From positions 1,408,001 through 1,472,000 of the forward strand of contig OZ244197.1 of the NCBI GenBank assembly GCA_965216785.1: a DNA stretch of 64,000 nucleotides, in the 5' to 3' direction. A program made the position numbers and the translations under genes. This stretch comes from Thermodesulfobacteriota bacterium (GTDB lineage Bacteria; Desulfobacterota_D; UBA1144; Nemesobacterales; UBA2774). Below the pieces are notes generated by a model. The model made no database searches. It was given only the letters and a program-made list of their open reading frames with translations, and was not told where the DNA came from. Positions 28,156 to 39,489 of this stretch are shown here, in pieces. Numbering within the stretch: the stretch's first letter is position 1; every line of letters begins with the position of its first letter.

Positions 28156-31017
28156 TTACGCGCTCCTTCCGTGACATTTCTTATATTTCTTGCCGCTTCC
28201 GCAGGGGCACGGGTCGTTTCTTCCGACCTTTTTCTGCTGACGTCTTATCGGTTTTTTCTTTTCCTCTTCTTCCTCGCCCCGGCTCATGGTCATACGCTGC
28301 TGCTCTTCCCTTCTTCGTCTCTCGAGCCTCGCCATATCGGTTTCGCTGACCGGCTGCACCTTAAATAGCTTTTCGCAAACATCATCCGACAAGCGGTTCA
28401 TAAGCGAGCCGAACATATCAAACCCCTCTTTTTTATACTCATGGAGCGGGTTTTTCTGCGCGTATCCCCTGAGTCCTATCCCCTCTCGCAGATGGTCCAT
28501 GTTGAGCAGGTGGTCCTTCCAAAGGAAATCAAGGGTCTGGAGCATCAGGTAGCGCTCTACCTGTCTCATGGTTTCAGAGCTGATATTCTGCTCTTTTTCC
28601 TCGTAGTAACTGTGCACATTTTCTCTTATGTACTCCGCTACGTCCTCTCTCTTGACGCCGTTTCCCTTGAGCGCCTCAAAATCCGTCTCAAAGTTAAACA
28701 CCGTGTGCACGGACTCACTCAGATCGTCAAGCTCAAGGTCTTCGGAGTTTGCCTTTTCCGGTACCATCGACTCAGTAAGATCGTATATTATCTCATCAGC
28801 CATCTCATAGAGGTTTTCTTTAAGGTTGTCGCCGCCAAGATATTCCTTTCGCTTCGTATAGATGACCTCTCTTTGTTTATTCAATACGTCGTCGTAGTCA
28901 AGAAGATGCTTTCTTATATCGAAGTTTCTTCCCTCTACTTTCTTCTGAGCATTTTCAATGGACTTGGTTATCATGCCGTGCTCTATGGGCTCTCCCTCTT
29001 CCCATCCGAGCTTGTCCATTACCTTGGTAATGGTTTCAGAGGCGAATATACGCATCAGGTCGTCTTCGAGCGACACGTAAAAACGTGAAGACCCCGGGTC
29101 TCCCTGACGGCCTGCTCTACCCCTTAGCTGGTTGTCGATCCTTCTGGATTCGTGACGCTCCGTGCCTATGATATGAAGCCCGCCAAGCTCTAGCACTCTT
29201 TTCTTTTCATCCTCGCATATGGCTCTTGCCTCGAGCATGGATTCCTCGAACTGCTCGGGAGCCGCTTCCTCCGGGCTCACTTTGAATTTCTTCCTCAGTA
29301 TTTCCTCGGCCAGATGCTCGGGGTTTCCGCCCAGTACGATGTCCGTACCCCTTCCCGCCATATTGGTGGCAATGGTTACAGCGCCTATCCTTCCCGCCTG
29401 CGCCACGATCCCGGCTTCGTTTTCGTGCTGCTTCGCGTTTAGGACCTGATGAGGGATCTTCATTTTCTGAAGCAGTTTGTTGAGCTTCTCGGACTTCTCG
29501 ATCGAGGTGGTTCCGACCAGAATCGGCCTGCCCTGCTCGTTCATCTCTTTTATCTCATTTCCGACTGCTGAGAATTTTTCCTCTTCCGATTTATATATAG
29601 AATCGTTATTATCAGCCCTTACCATGGGTTTGTTTGTGGGTATGACGTTTACGTCCAGTTTATAAATATTCTTAAACTCAAAAGCCTCGGTGTCCGCGGT
29701 CCCCGTCATACCGGCAAGCTTTCTGTACATCCTGAAGTAGTTCTGAATGGTAATTGTGGCGAGGGTCTGGTTCTCATTCTCGATATCAACCCCTTCTTTT
29801 GCCTCGACAGCCTGGTGCAGTCCGTCGCTCCAGCGTCTTCCGGGCATAAGCCTCCCGGTGAATTCGTCCACTATGATTACCTGGCCGTCTTTTACCATAT
29901 AATCGACGTCTTTATTAAATAGGTTATGGGCCCTCAGACCCTGTATTACGTGATGAAGGAGCTCAAGGTTTACAGGGTCGTAGATGTTCGATACACCAAG
30001 TGCCTTCTCTACTTTATTAGAGCCTTCTTCAGTTGGCGTGACCTGCTTGGTTTTCTCGTCAATAGTGAAATCAACTTCGGGGGCAAGCCTCGTCACGACT
30101 TTATTAATGTCATAGTAGAGCTGTGTAGAGTCTTCAGAGGGTCCTGAAATAATAAGCGGGGTCCTGGCTTCATCGATGAGTATGCTGTCCACCTCGTCCA
30201 CAATTGCGAAGTTGTGGTCTCTCTGGACGTAATCATCAAGCGAAAATTTCATATTGTCTCTTAGGTAATCAAAACCAAACTCGTTATTTGTCCCGTATGT
30301 CGCGTGCGCACGGTAGGCCTCTTGCCTCGTGCACTCGACAATCTTAGTTTTAAACGCCGACAGTACATCGAGGTTTCTCTCGGGGGGTATGTCCATATCT
30401 GCGTACTCTTTTGGCCATACGCTAAGATTGTTGTCTATTGCGTGCTGAGCGCGCTCTTCGTCTTCCCACTGTAGAAGATAAGATATATCGTGGTTTACGA
30501 TTCCGACATCGAGCCCGAGTAGTTTATAAATAGGCCCCATCCATGTGGCGTCTCTTCTGGCCAGGTAGTCGTTCACGGTTACGAGGTGAGCACCAAGACC
30601 AGTGATGCCGTTTAAGTATAGAGGAAGGGCCGCTACAAGAGTTTTACCCTCTCCGGTTTTCATCTCGGCTATCTTCCCTTGATGAAGCACAACGCCGCCA
30701 ATCAGCTGAACGTCAAAGTGCCGCATTCCCAGAGTCCTTCTGGCCGCCTCTCTTACAAGCGCAAATGCTTCAGGCAAAATTTCCCAGAGCTTATCCTCAA
30801 GCGCGCCCGCAAGCTCCTCATCATCAAGAACGTTCCCGCCGTTAAGCGAGGATTTGATATTAGCCGAGAATTCATTCGTTTTCTCTCTAAGAGCGGTATT
30901 CGGCAGTTTGAGCAGATCGCTTTCAAGCTCATTTACCGCTTCTACAACGGATGTTATCTTTTTTATCTCCCTTTCGTTCTGGGAGCCTACAATTTTCTTC
31001 ATTAAATAGGAAAGCAT
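28156..31017 (-). CDS. secA: Preprotein translocase SecA
   Basis: [68 protein letters not shown]. Confidence 0.99.
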   Translation of the reverse strand: MLSYLMKKIVGSQNEREIKKITSVVEAVNELESDLLKLPNTALREKTNEFSANIKSSLNGGNVLDDEELAGALEDKLWEILPEAFALVREAARRTLGMRHFDVQLIGGVVLHQGKIAEMKTGEGKTLVAALPLYLNGITGLGAHLVTVNDYLARRDATWMGPIYKLLGLDVGIVNHDISYLLQWEDEERAQHAIDNNLSVWPKEYADMDIPPERNLDVLSAFKTKIVECTRQEAYRAHATYGTNNEFGFDYLRDNMKFSLDDYVQRDHNFAIVDEVDSILIDEARTPLIISGPSEDSTQLYYDINKVVTRLAPEVDFTIDEKTKQVTPTEEGSNKVEKALGVSNIYDPVNLELLHHVIQGLRAHNLFNKDVDYMVKDGQVIIVDEFTGRLMPGRRWSDGLHQAVEAKEGVDIENENQTLATITIQNYFRMYRKLAGMTGTADTEAFEFKNIYKLDVNVIPTNKPMVRADNNDSIYKSEEEKFSAVGNEIKEMNEQGRPILVGTTSIEKSEKLNKLLQKMKIPHQVLNAKQHENEAGIVAQAGRIGAVTIATNMAGRGTDIVLGGNPEHLAEEILRKKFKVSPEEAAPEQFEESMLEARAICEDEKKRVLELGGLHIIGTERHESRRIDNQLRGRAGRQGDPGSSRFYVSLEDDLMRIFASETITKVMDKLGWEEGEPIEHGMITKSIENAQKKVEGRNFDIRKHLLDYDDVLNKQREVIYTKRKEYLGGDNLKENLYEMADEIIYDLTESMVPEKANSEDLELDDLSESVHTVFNFETDFEALKGNGVKREDVAEYIRENVHSYYEEKEQNISSETMRQVERYLMLQTLDFLWKDHLLNMDHLREGIGLRGYAQKNPLHEYKKEGFDMFGSLMNRLSDDVCEKLFKVQPVSETDMARLERRRREEQQRMTMSRGEEEEEKKKPIRRQQKKVGRNDPCPCGSGKKYKKCHGRSA

Positions 31018-31172
31018 ATGGTGGAAAACCTCCGGATATCTTACAAACCCTAAAGTATATGTGTAAAAGCAATCTATCTCAACTTATCTAAGATATATAT
31101 ATTCACTGTTTTTATCGTTTCCAGCTTATTTTAAAGATATTGTTTGCAGGGCTTATTGTGTGGACGAGCTGC

Positions 31173-34100
31173 CTAGTTAAGCTCGACGGATACTACGGTA
31201 GAAGTACCGGATTTATTGGATGTTATACCTATAAGCGAGTTTACTTCCTGCATCGTTTTTTTGTTGTGCGTGATGATGATAACCTGGGAATTTCTGTCTA
31301 TTTCTTTTATAAGCTCTGTGAAATAAGATGTGTTTCTATCATCGAGCGGAGCGTCGATCTCATCGAAGAGTAAAAACGGCGCGGGCTTTATCAGGCAAGC
31401 GGATATGATAAGCGCGATAGCCGAGAGCGCTTTTTCTCCTCCCGAAAGAAGGTTGATGGACTGAAGCTTTTTCCCCCTTGGTCTGACCATTACGTCCACT
31501 CCCGATTCCAAAATATTATCCGGATCAGTGAGTATTAATTTTCCTTCGCCTCCTCTGAACAGGCGGCTGAATATCTCTCTGAATTTTTTGTCCATAAGCT
31601 CAAACGCTTCACCAAAGCGTTTCTCGGATTCCTTGTCTATCTTGTTGATCGCTTTTCCGAGGGATGAAATGGCCTGCATCAGGTCATCAATCTGCTCGGT
31701 CAAAAATCCGTATCGCTCTTCGAGCTTGTTATACTCCTCGGGCGCAAGCAGGTTTACAGGGCCGAACCGCTCTATTCTCTTCTGCAGTTTTTTAAGCCTC
31801 GACTCTTCAGCCGCGAGGTTAAAGCTTTGCTGCTCAGCTTCGTCATTTTGAGAGCCTGAGAGAAACTCGTCGACATCTTCTATAATGTTGTTGTTTCTAA
31901 GATTTTGTACGATATTGTCTATCTCTATTCGGATGCTGTTTAAATCGAGCTCAAACGAGTTGTTCTTTAATCTCAGCTCAGATAACTCGGTATTAATGCT
32001 TTCCCTTTTCTCACCCGCAGAGGTTAATTCCTGTAACAGCGTAGTCCTTTTCTCCTTCAAGGAAGAAAGCTTCTCTTCACTATCAGAGACTATCTCTTCA
32101 ATAGTTTTGATCTCATCCACCGTTAAGCTGTCTTTTTCGATATAGCTTTCTTTCTCCCGCTTCTTCTGTTCTATGCTCACATGCTCGTTCTCAATTCGTC
32201 TATTGATATCATTTCTTCTATTCTCGATATCATTTATATCCTCATAGAGGTTCTTTTCTTTTTCGGTCAGAGACGCCCGCGAGATATTGAGGTTTGAGAT
32301 TTCCCTCTCCATGGCCCTTTCCCTAAGCTCTCCCGCCTCAATTTTTTCTTCTATTGCCTTATATTTTTTCTCGAGCTCGGATTTCTCTGAATCAAGGCTG
32401 TAAATTTTAGATTTTGTCTGATCAAGCGTTGCTAGAGTCTCTCGGATTTCATCGAGCGCTTCCTCCAAACCCCGGCTCACGGTCTCAATTCTCTTGTCGA
32501 GTCTCTCCGTATTGTATTTAAGGTTATTAATATCTTTTTTGATCTCAGCCTCTTTAATTCCAAGCTCAATCAGCTCAACGTCGTTTTGCTTTACTTTAGA
32601 TACCAGGCTTTCGATCTCATTGTTCTCAGATTCAATTTCACTTGTGAGCTTGGCGATCTCACGCTCAATTAATTCAATACTCTTTGCGAGCTGCTCAGTT
32701 TCTCTCTTCCTTTCAAAAACCCCCGGTTGTGAAGCTCCCCCGGAAATCGCCCCGTTTGGTTGTACGCAGTCCCCTTCGGTGGTAACGTAGGACAGCCCGC
32801 TGTGGTTCTCCTCGTTTTGTCTCAGGGCTTCCTCGATTGTGGGCGCAAGCACGACATTTCCAAGAAGACTGTCAAGAATCTGCGCGTCTATATCTTTTGC
32901 CGACACTATCTCACTAAGAGATTTCATGTGCCCGCCAAGTGCTCCAGGGCCGTTATGCCGCCCCTTCTCACTCACAGAGAGGAAAGTCCCCCTACCGATA
33001 GCATTCTGTCTTAAAGTCGCTACAGCCTCAAGTGCCTTTGACTCTTCTTCCACGAGTATCCAGTTAAGCTTCTCCCCTAGTGCCGCTTGGGCTGCTTTTT
33101 CATATCCCTCAGGTACAGATATAAAATCCGCGACCGTACCCAATACACCCTGCCCTTTGTTTTCCACCATAAAATTCCTTATCCCCTCAGGCAGCCATTC
33201 ATAATTTGTCTCAATCTGCTTAAGCGCGTTTAATCTGGATGAGTTTTCTTTAAGCTCTTCTTTGTGTGATTCCAATTTCTCAGTTTTAATTCTGCGGCTT
33301 TCTTCAAGCGAGGTTTTTGACTGCTCTAGGCGGCTGTTTATTTCCGATACCCTCAGTTTTGCGGTCTCGTTCTCGCTCAGCGCGCCCTCAAGAGCCGAGA
33401 TTTCACTTGCGGTTTTTTTCTTTTCCTCGTCCAGCTCCTGAGACTCCCGCTCCATTACCTCTCTTCGCAGCTTAAGCTCTTCCACTTCTTTTTCGTATCC
33501 AAGCGCCTGCACTTTGAGCTTGCTTTCTTCATCGAGGGTGGCAAAGATAGTTTTCCTCGTCTCCTCGTGCTGAGCCCTTATGTCCCTGGACTCTGCTTTT
33601 AAGGTCAAAAGCTGGGCCTCTTTTTGTTCTATATCGGACTTAAGATTCTTTAGATCGCTCTCTACTTCCTCAAGCGTGCTTTTCTTAAGGCTTAAGCCCC
33701 TGTCAAGCGAGGAGCCTTCCTCTTTTAGTAGTTCAGACTCGCTCACCATCTTCTCAATAAAGGCATCTATGTTTAATATCTCAGATTTTATTAGATCCTG
33801 GGAGGACTTCTTTGACTGAAGCTCGGTCTTTGTTACATAGGTCTTTCTCTCTAGCTCCCCAATTTCCTCCTCTAGCGCCGCGGACTCTGAGTTAACTTTC
33901 TTGTGTTGACTTAATACATTAAGGCTTTCTTTCTCCAGGTTGGATATAGCTTCATCCGACACCGATTTGCGGCTGGTGACAGCCTCTTTTTTCTCCGTGA
34001 GTTTTTTGAGCTTCACCCTGTGAAGCTTAAGCTCAAGCTCCTTTGCCTCATCTGACAGTTCCCGGAACTCTCTTGCCTGCTCCGCCTGGAGCGAGAGTGT

Positions 34101-34700
34101 GTCCATCTGCCGTTTGACCTCTTCCGTCATGTCGTTGACGCGGCTCAGGTTCTCTTTGGTTGTTTTTATTCTGGTCTCAGTCTCTCTGCGGCGGATTTTA
34201 TATTTCCTTACGCCCGCCACTTCCTCGATCAGCGTCCTCTTTTCCTCGGGCTTAGCGGTTATCATCTGATCCACTCTTCCCTGCCCGATTACCGAATATG
34301 ACCGTGCTCCTGAGCCCGTATCGATAAATATATCAGTAATATCTTTTAGTCTGCACGTAACGCCGTTTAGGTAGTATTCACTTTCCCCCGAGCGGAATAT
34401 CCGGCGTTTTATCTCCACTTCCTCAAAGTTATAGTTCGGAACGTTCTCCAATACGAGAGCGACCTCAGCCATCCCCAGAGGTTTTAAGAGCTCACTTCCG
34501 TTCGAAATCAGCTCTTCCATGATCTCCGCCCTCAGCTGTCTGGGGTTTTGCTCTCCCAGTATCCATCTTATGGCGTCAAGGACGTTAGATTTGCCGCAAC
34601 CGTTCGGGCCCACGATGGCGCTCATTTCGCGGTCGAATAGTATTTTGGTTTTTTCGTAAAATGATTTAAAACCGTGTATGGCGAGAGATTTGATTTTCAT
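31173..34700 (-). CDS. smc: Chromosome segregation protein SMC
   Basis: GFKSF, GPNGCGKSN, hinge domain, LSGGEK, LFDEIDAPLD, ITH. Confidence 0.97.
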   Translation of the reverse strand: MKIKSLAIHGFKSFYEKTKILFDREMSAIVGPNGCGKSNVLDAIRWILGEQNPRQLRAEIMEELISNGSELLKPLGMAEVALVLENVPNYNFEEVEIKRRIFRSGESEYYLNGVTCRLKDITDIFIDTGSGARSYSVIGQGRVDQMITAKPEEKRTLIEEVAGVRKYKIRRRETETRIKTTKENLSRVNDMTEEVKRQMDTLSLQAEQAREFRELSDEAKELELKLHRVKLKKLTEKKEAVTSRKSVSDEAISNLEKESLNVLSQHKKVNSESAALEEEIGELERKTYVTKTELQSKKSSQDLIKSEILNIDAFIEKMVSESELLKEEGSSLDRGLSLKKSTLEEVESDLKNLKSDIEQKEAQLLTLKAESRDIRAQHEETRKTIFATLDEESKLKVQALGYEKEVEELKLRREVMERESQELDEEKKKTASEISALEGALSENETAKLRVSEINSRLEQSKTSLEESRRIKTEKLESHKEELKENSSRLNALKQIETNYEWLPEGIRNFMVENKGQGVLGTVADFISVPEGYEKAAQAALGEKLNWILVEEESKALEAVATLRQNAIGRGTFLSVSEKGRHNGPGALGGHMKSLSEIVSAKDIDAQILDSLLGNVVLAPTIEEALRQNEENHSGLSYVTTEGDCVQPNGAISGGASQPGVFERKRETEQLAKSIELIEREIAKLTSEIESENNEIESLVSKVKQNDVELIELGIKEAEIKKDINNLKYNTERLDKRIETVSRGLEEALDEIRETLATLDQTKSKIYSLDSEKSELEKKYKAIEEKIEAGELRERAMEREISNLNISRASLTEKEKNLYEDINDIENRRNDINRRIENEHVSIEQKKREKESYIEKDSLTVDEIKTIEEIVSDSEEKLSSLKEKRTTLLQELTSAGEKRESINTELSELRLKNNSFELDLNSIRIEIDNIVQNLRNNNIIEDVDEFLSGSQNDEAEQQSFNLAAEESRLKKLQKRIERFGPVNLLAPEEYNKLEERYGFLTEQIDDLMQAISSLGKAINKIDKESEKRFGEAFELMDKKFREIFSRLFRGGEGKLILTDPDNILESGVDVMVRPRGKKLQSINLLSGGEKALSAIALIISACLIKPAPFLLFDEIDAPLDDRNTSYFTELIKEIDRNSQVIIITHNKKTMQEVNSLIGITSNKSGTSTVVSVELN

Positions 34701-34737
34701 TTTATACTATGAAGCACTAGGTTAACAAAGAGTTTAG

Positions 34738-34778
34738 AAAATGTAAATCGGTAATGCCAAAATGTAAATCGGCAATGC
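34738..34778. repeat. Two-copy tandem repeat (21-bp period) over the smc promoter
   Basis: AAAATGTAAATCGGTAATGC at 34738-34757 and AAAATGTAAATCGGCAATGC at 34759-34778, 19/20 identical. Confidence 0.8.
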
Positions 34779-34851
34779 TTAGTCAGGGTGGATGTGAAAA
34801 TGCGGATACGGAGTTTGTATAATAACGAGGGGCGTTATAACAGAGTATGTG

Positions 34852-37569
34852 CTATTTCTTAAATAGGCTCGACCAAAATCTTTTTTCTATCTTGGAGTCT
34901 TTACGCCCAGTGGTGTTTTTTCTCTTACGAGTGTTTATTAAGCGCAGCTCCCTTTTAACTTCAATGAAATTAGGGTCGATCTGAAGGGCCTTTTCATAGT
35001 TTTGTTCGGCTTTTTGTAAATCGTCACGGCCCTTATATATAGAGCCCAGGTAAAAATAGTTCTCAGCGATAGAAGAGTTTATTTCGATCGCTCTCCCGAG
35101 CTCCTCAATCATGTCATCTCCTGCGCTGTCCTTATCGTCAGACGCAAGGTACCTTGCCCATGCGTAGGCTCCTATATACGCCGCCTCATCCGGATTTATT
35201 TTTAATGCTTCCGCAAATTTGGCAGAGGCTTCTGTATAGTCTCTCTGTGTCAGGAGTGTTTGTCCCCTCTTAAATTCAAGCTCCGCTTCGTAAATTGACT
35301 GCGCCTGAGTCTTGAGCTCGAAGATTTGCTCCTCGGAATCATAATTTTCGCGTCTTTCACTGTCAGATAAGGTCTCGTAAGCAGCGCTTATAGCAGTGAA
35401 GATTTCCTGAGCTTTCTCACGGATATCATCGGGGATATTATGATTGACGTCCGGATGGTAGTCCTTTACCAGCTTATAATAAGCCTCTTTGATTTCGCTT
35501 TCGTCTGCATCCTTCGATACGTCTAATATCTGGTAGTAATCCTTTGAGGAGAGTGAGTTGTAGAACTCCAGTATCATTTGGGAAAATTCGTCCCCGACAT
35601 CAGTGTTGTCCTCACCACTGGCTGCCGGCTCATCCTTTGTAGGGACATCTTGCAATTCTATTTGAGACGCTTGATCAAAAGTATGGTCATTTTGCTCAAA
35701 TGTTGAGAATAGCTCGGTGTCCTCAATTGAAATTTCCTTTGGTGTATCTTGCATGGTTTGGCTTTTGGTTTCTGCTCCTTGCTCCGGCGCTTCTGAGTCA
35801 AGAGAGAATAAATCGGGAACTGTCTCTTGCGTATTTTCTTCAGGATTTATGTCCAATTCAAGGGGAGTTTCTCGGGTTTCTTCCACTTCTTCCTTCTGAG
35901 GACGGCTGTTCAGATCAAGGGCTATCCCAGTATCTTCAATCTCCTCATGCTCCTGCTCCGTATCATCGGAGGTTAAAGAGGCTTCTTGGATTGGAAGAGT
36001 TTTATTGCTCAGGGTGTCTTCCTGGATGTTTTGCGTTTCATCCTGATTAATTTCGTATAGGTTGTCGTTATCAAACCGCGTTATTTCTTCAGGTGCTTCC
36101 TCATCAGCAGGTTCAGTAGGTGGCTCAGCTTGGGGATCGTCCGCTTCGTCTTGACGAGGGACATTTTCATTCTCAGACACAGAACCCACTTTATCGGGAC
36201 TTCCCGGTATACCATCCTCTACGTCTGTCTCCTCTAAAGCTTCAGATAATTCGTCTGTATCTTCCGTAACTTCTGTAATGCTTTCTTTCGGACTCTCGAA
36301 ATGAGAAGGTTCTTTTTCTTCTGAGCTTTTCGAAATCCCGTTTTCTATTCCCCTCTCTGATTCATATACCTCTAGCTCAAGCTCTATAAACTCTTCATTT
36401 TCCTTCTGTATGTCGGTTTCTTCGTGAGCTTTATGCGTAATCTTATTTTCTCTCATGTAGCGCTCTACGGATTTTCTGCCTATCGCCTCAAGAGACACAC
36501 CCGGCAGCTCAATCGCCTTAAAAAGACCAAGCAGATAAAGCAGCTTCAGAGCTTCGTATTTCTCCAATCTTGTTTTACTCAGGATGTCTGTTACAGAGCT
36601 GTGATTTTTAAGGAGCTGTACCATCCTCAACTCCTTAGGTTTAAGCTCCATATTATTTATTATACTTTCCGGTTTGCTTGCCAATTTGATTTGAGGATTC
36701 ACTTCTTCTATCTTCTCTGCATAAACGAATCTTTTTACCGCTTCATTTAGCACCTTTGGAAGCTTCACGTTGTACTCAACTACTCCCTTGGGGAGCTCGG
36801 TCTCGTCTCTGAAGTTATATTCACCTCTTAAGCTGCAAAACCCTCTGAGCACTTTTTCCTCTATTTGAAGCTCCAGATAAGTATTGAGCTCATGAGGTGT
36901 GATAATCCCCATATCGATAAGCACTTCACCGAATCTCATTTTTCTTTCCCTTGATTTCTCCAGGACGTCTCTGTGCGTTTCAGCGTCAATCCTGCCGCTA
37001 TTTAAGAGTATCCGCCCGATCATGGTTTCTTTCTCACCACCCTCGGCGTATACCGGAGAGCCTTTTTTAAAATAAATGTTAAGCTCCGGCTCAGAGGATA
37101 TCGACAGGATGCCCGTTTTCTCTTTACGATAAATTTCTACAATCAAATGAGGATAAAAGGTGTATTCTAGATCACCATTTTCCACTCTAAGCTCAGTTTC
37201 CCCGGGCCTTTTTACCTTGGGGAGATTTGATTTGAGATAATCAAAGAGATTATTTATCTGACTTGTATCGTCGAGCATCAAAACCTGATTTTTCTCGATC
37301 TGGTTTTGCTCTGATTCATCTTGGTTAAGAGAGGTGAAATCAGGTATTGAGAACTCTTCTGAGTCTTGTATTTTAGTTATAAGCGCGGGGCTGATTTCCC
37401 TTTGGGTTATTTCAATAACACAGAGCGCGGGCTTATCTTCAAAAAGCCTGTCAATCCCTGCTTTATAGTCCATTAAAACTGTTACGGGGGTGTCTCTAAG
37501 CTCTAGAAACTCTTTAATGATATTACAGTAGTCTCTCTGTGAGCCTATAATAAGGACTTCGTTCAACAA
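34852..37569 (-). CDS. Multidomain J-protein: pseudo-REC, DUF4388/PATAN-like, MshEN-like, acidic linker, DnaJ, TPR
   Basis: KTGILSI...IYFKKG.PVYA; RFGEVLIDMGIITPHELNTYLELQ; DYYQILDV...YHPD...AYETLSD; TPR repeats. Confidence 0.8.
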   Translation of the reverse strand: MLNEVLIIGSQRDYCNIIKEFLELRDTPVTVLMDYKAGIDRLFEDKPALCVIEITQREISPALITKIQDSEEFSIPDFTSLNQDESEQNQIEKNQVLMLDDTSQINNLFDYLKSNLPKVKRPGETELRVENGDLEYTFYPHLIVEIYRKEKTGILSISSEPELNIYFKKGSPVYAEGGEKETMIGRILLNSGRIDAETHRDVLEKSRERKMRFGEVLIDMGIITPHELNTYLELQIEEKVLRGFCSLRGEYNFRDETELPKGVVEYNVKLPKVLNEAVKRFVYAEKIEEVNPQIKLASKPESIINNMELKPKELRMVQLLKNHSSVTDILSKTRLEKYEALKLLYLLGLFKAIELPGVSLEAIGRKSVERYMRENKITHKAHEETDIQKENEEFIELELEVYESERGIENGISKSSEEKEPSHFESPKESITEVTEDTDELSEALEETDVEDGIPGSPDKVGSVSENENVPRQDEADDPQAEPPTEPADEEAPEEITRFDNDNLYEINQDETQNIQEDTLSNKTLPIQEASLTSDDTEQEHEEIEDTGIALDLNSRPQKEEVEETRETPLELDINPEENTQETVPDLFSLDSEAPEQGAETKSQTMQDTPKEISIEDTELFSTFEQNDHTFDQASQIELQDVPTKDEPAASGEDNTDVGDEFSQMILEFYNSLSSKDYYQILDVSKDADESEIKEAYYKLVKDYHPDVNHNIPDDIREKAQEIFTAISAAYETLSDSERRENYDSEEQIFELKTQAQSIYEAELEFKRGQTLLTQRDYTEASAKFAEALKINPDEAAYIGAYAWARYLASDDKDSAGDDMIEELGRAIEINSSIAENYFYLGSIYKGRDDLQKAEQNYEKALQIDPNFIEVKRELRLINTRKRKNTTGRKDSKIEKRFWSSLFKK

Positions 37570-37592
37570 TTATATGTACTCCTTATCGGTGA

Positions 37593-39197
37593 TCAACCCT
37601 GAGAAGGGAACAGCGCAGCATTGGGAATGATTTCGGATTCTCTCCTGAGGTTCTGGAGCCAGTTCTGGCGTAGGTTGCTCTGTTGTCTTATCAGCTCCTG
37701 CTGCTTTAGAGCGTCTTTCTCCTGGTCGAATACCTCCTTATCAGCGCTCTGTTTTTCCTTTACAGACACAATATAGAAGTCGTCCTTATTATTATACAGC
37801 TTATTTGATACAACTGTTGATTCGTTTATATCAAATGCTTCTGATCTTAGACTCTCGTTATTTATATGTGGTACGTTTTCGAGACGCGAGAAGTAACCTG
37901 TCTCTAAAAGCTCTACTCCAAGGGATTTAGTTTTTTCGTTAAGCTCCTCTTTCTTGGCCTTGGTCAGCTCTTTTAGCGTTTCCTGAGCTTTTTTTCTCGT
38001 GATCTCCTTTGCCTTCGCGTTTTTAAGCTGCGCGGTTACCTCTTCATTAGCTTCCTCCATGCTTTTTGCTTTGGGGGGAACAATGTCCTTTACCTCGTAA
38101 ACCCACATTGAAGAACCCATGGAGACAATAGCTGTGCCGCCTTTTTCTTCTTCAAAAGCAAGTCTTGTAATCCTGGGCGGTATTTCCTTGAGTATATCGT
38201 CTTGGGTGAACGGCTCGCTTACATTTATGGTCTCTATGTTGTGTTCGGCAGCAAGCTCATCTATCGATTTGTCAGAGCCTCCTTCGGTTTCCAGCAGCTC
38301 TACGAAATCCTCACGTAACGCTCCGCCCCTCTGTGATTTAAGTACCGTTACAATCTGCTCTCTTGCCTCTTCCAACGAAAGCTTACCGCCGTCCTCGCTG
38401 GTAAACTCCTCAGGGTAAGCGTTGTAATACGCCGTTATCTCTTCATCTGATATTTCGATTCTGTTTTCAAAGTCCTCAGCCGTAATTGTTATATAACGAA
38501 TAGAGCGAAGCTCGTCTGTTTTAAAATTGTCCTTATTAGCTTCGAAGTGGGCTTTAATTTCTTCTTCACTCGGAGTGTAAGTGTCTATATACTCGCTACT
38601 GAGAAACGGTATGTAGTACAGGTTTACCTTTTCATTTTGTCTAAGGTAAACGTTGTAAAGTTCTTCCTCGGTAATAAGCGCCGTCTCGTATATGAAGCCT
38701 TCCATTTTCCTCGCCAAGAGCTCTCCCCTTAAGATGTTCTCAAACTCTCCGGGGTTTAAATTAAATATCTGTCTTATTCTTTCTCTGTATTGATCCTTAC
38801 CTATGAATTGACCGTCAACCTGAAACGCGGGTATGGATTTAATGAAATCGTTTACTTCCTGGTCGGATATGCGGAATCCTAGTTCTTTTGCTTTTTGTGA
38901 GAGGAGCTTCTCATCGATCATGAAGTTTAAAATTCTGATGTTTACGCGCTCGGCTTCCGCGGGCGATAACTGCGCTATTTGAGGGTTCTGCCGTCTGAAG
39001 TTATCTCTGTAACGGTAGAATTCAGTGAGCGGTATTTCCTCTCCGTTAACTTGCGCGGCGGCGCCTCCGGAAATAGCCGTCATATCCCTCAGACTGGTTG
39101 CTCCATATCCGAAACTGAATATAAATGCCGCGGCAAGCAGTAACAGTATTCCTTTTGTAAACCAGCTGTGTTTTGTACGTATTAAATCAAGACTCAT
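37593..39197 (-). CDS. ppiD: PpiD/SurA-N domain membrane-anchored periplasmic chaperone
   Basis: N-terminal TM, AAQVNGEEI, LGFRISDQEV..I..IPAFQ.DG.F, degenerate parvulin region. Confidence 0.82.
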   Translation of the reverse strand: MSLDLIRTKHSWFTKGILLLLAAAFIFSFGYGATSLRDMTAISGGAAAQVNGEEIPLTEFYRYRDNFRRQNPQIAQLSPAEAERVNIRILNFMIDEKLLSQKAKELGFRISDQEVNDFIKSIPAFQVDGQFIGKDQYRERIRQIFNLNPGEFENILRGELLARKMEGFIYETALITEEELYNVYLRQNEKVNLYYIPFLSSEYIDTYTPSEEEIKAHFEANKDNFKTDELRSIRYITITAEDFENRIEISDEEITAYYNAYPEEFTSEDGGKLSLEEAREQIVTVLKSQRGGALREDFVELLETEGGSDKSIDELAAEHNIETINVSEPFTQDDILKEIPPRITRLAFEEEKGGTAIVSMGSSMWVYEVKDIVPPKAKSMEEANEEVTAQLKNAKAKEITRKKAQETLKELTKAKKEELNEKTKSLGVELLETGYFSRLENVPHINNESLRSEAFDINESTVVSNKLYNNKDDFYIVSVKEKQSADKEVFDQEKDALKQQELIRQQSNLRQNWLQNLRRESEIIPNAALFPSQG

Positions 39198-39489
39198 AAC
39201 TATTATTACCCCGTTTAACTTAAATTTGTATTAAAAATCTATACCACTTGTACCCTAGTTTCAAGAACGCAGTAAAAGCTTCTCCGGCCCTTAGAGCGCG
39301 TTCATACTCTGTAGCGCCGGGCCTAGGCCCGTTTGCTGTGATTACCCCTTAAATATTTTATGCGGGCCGTGTATATTAAAGCCGGTATATATAATACCTG
39401 CTTCAATCTTATATTCGCTTCAAAAGGTGTATAGATTCAAATTTTATCCGCTGCTAAAGTGAGTCAATTATGATTACTGCGAGTCTTAT

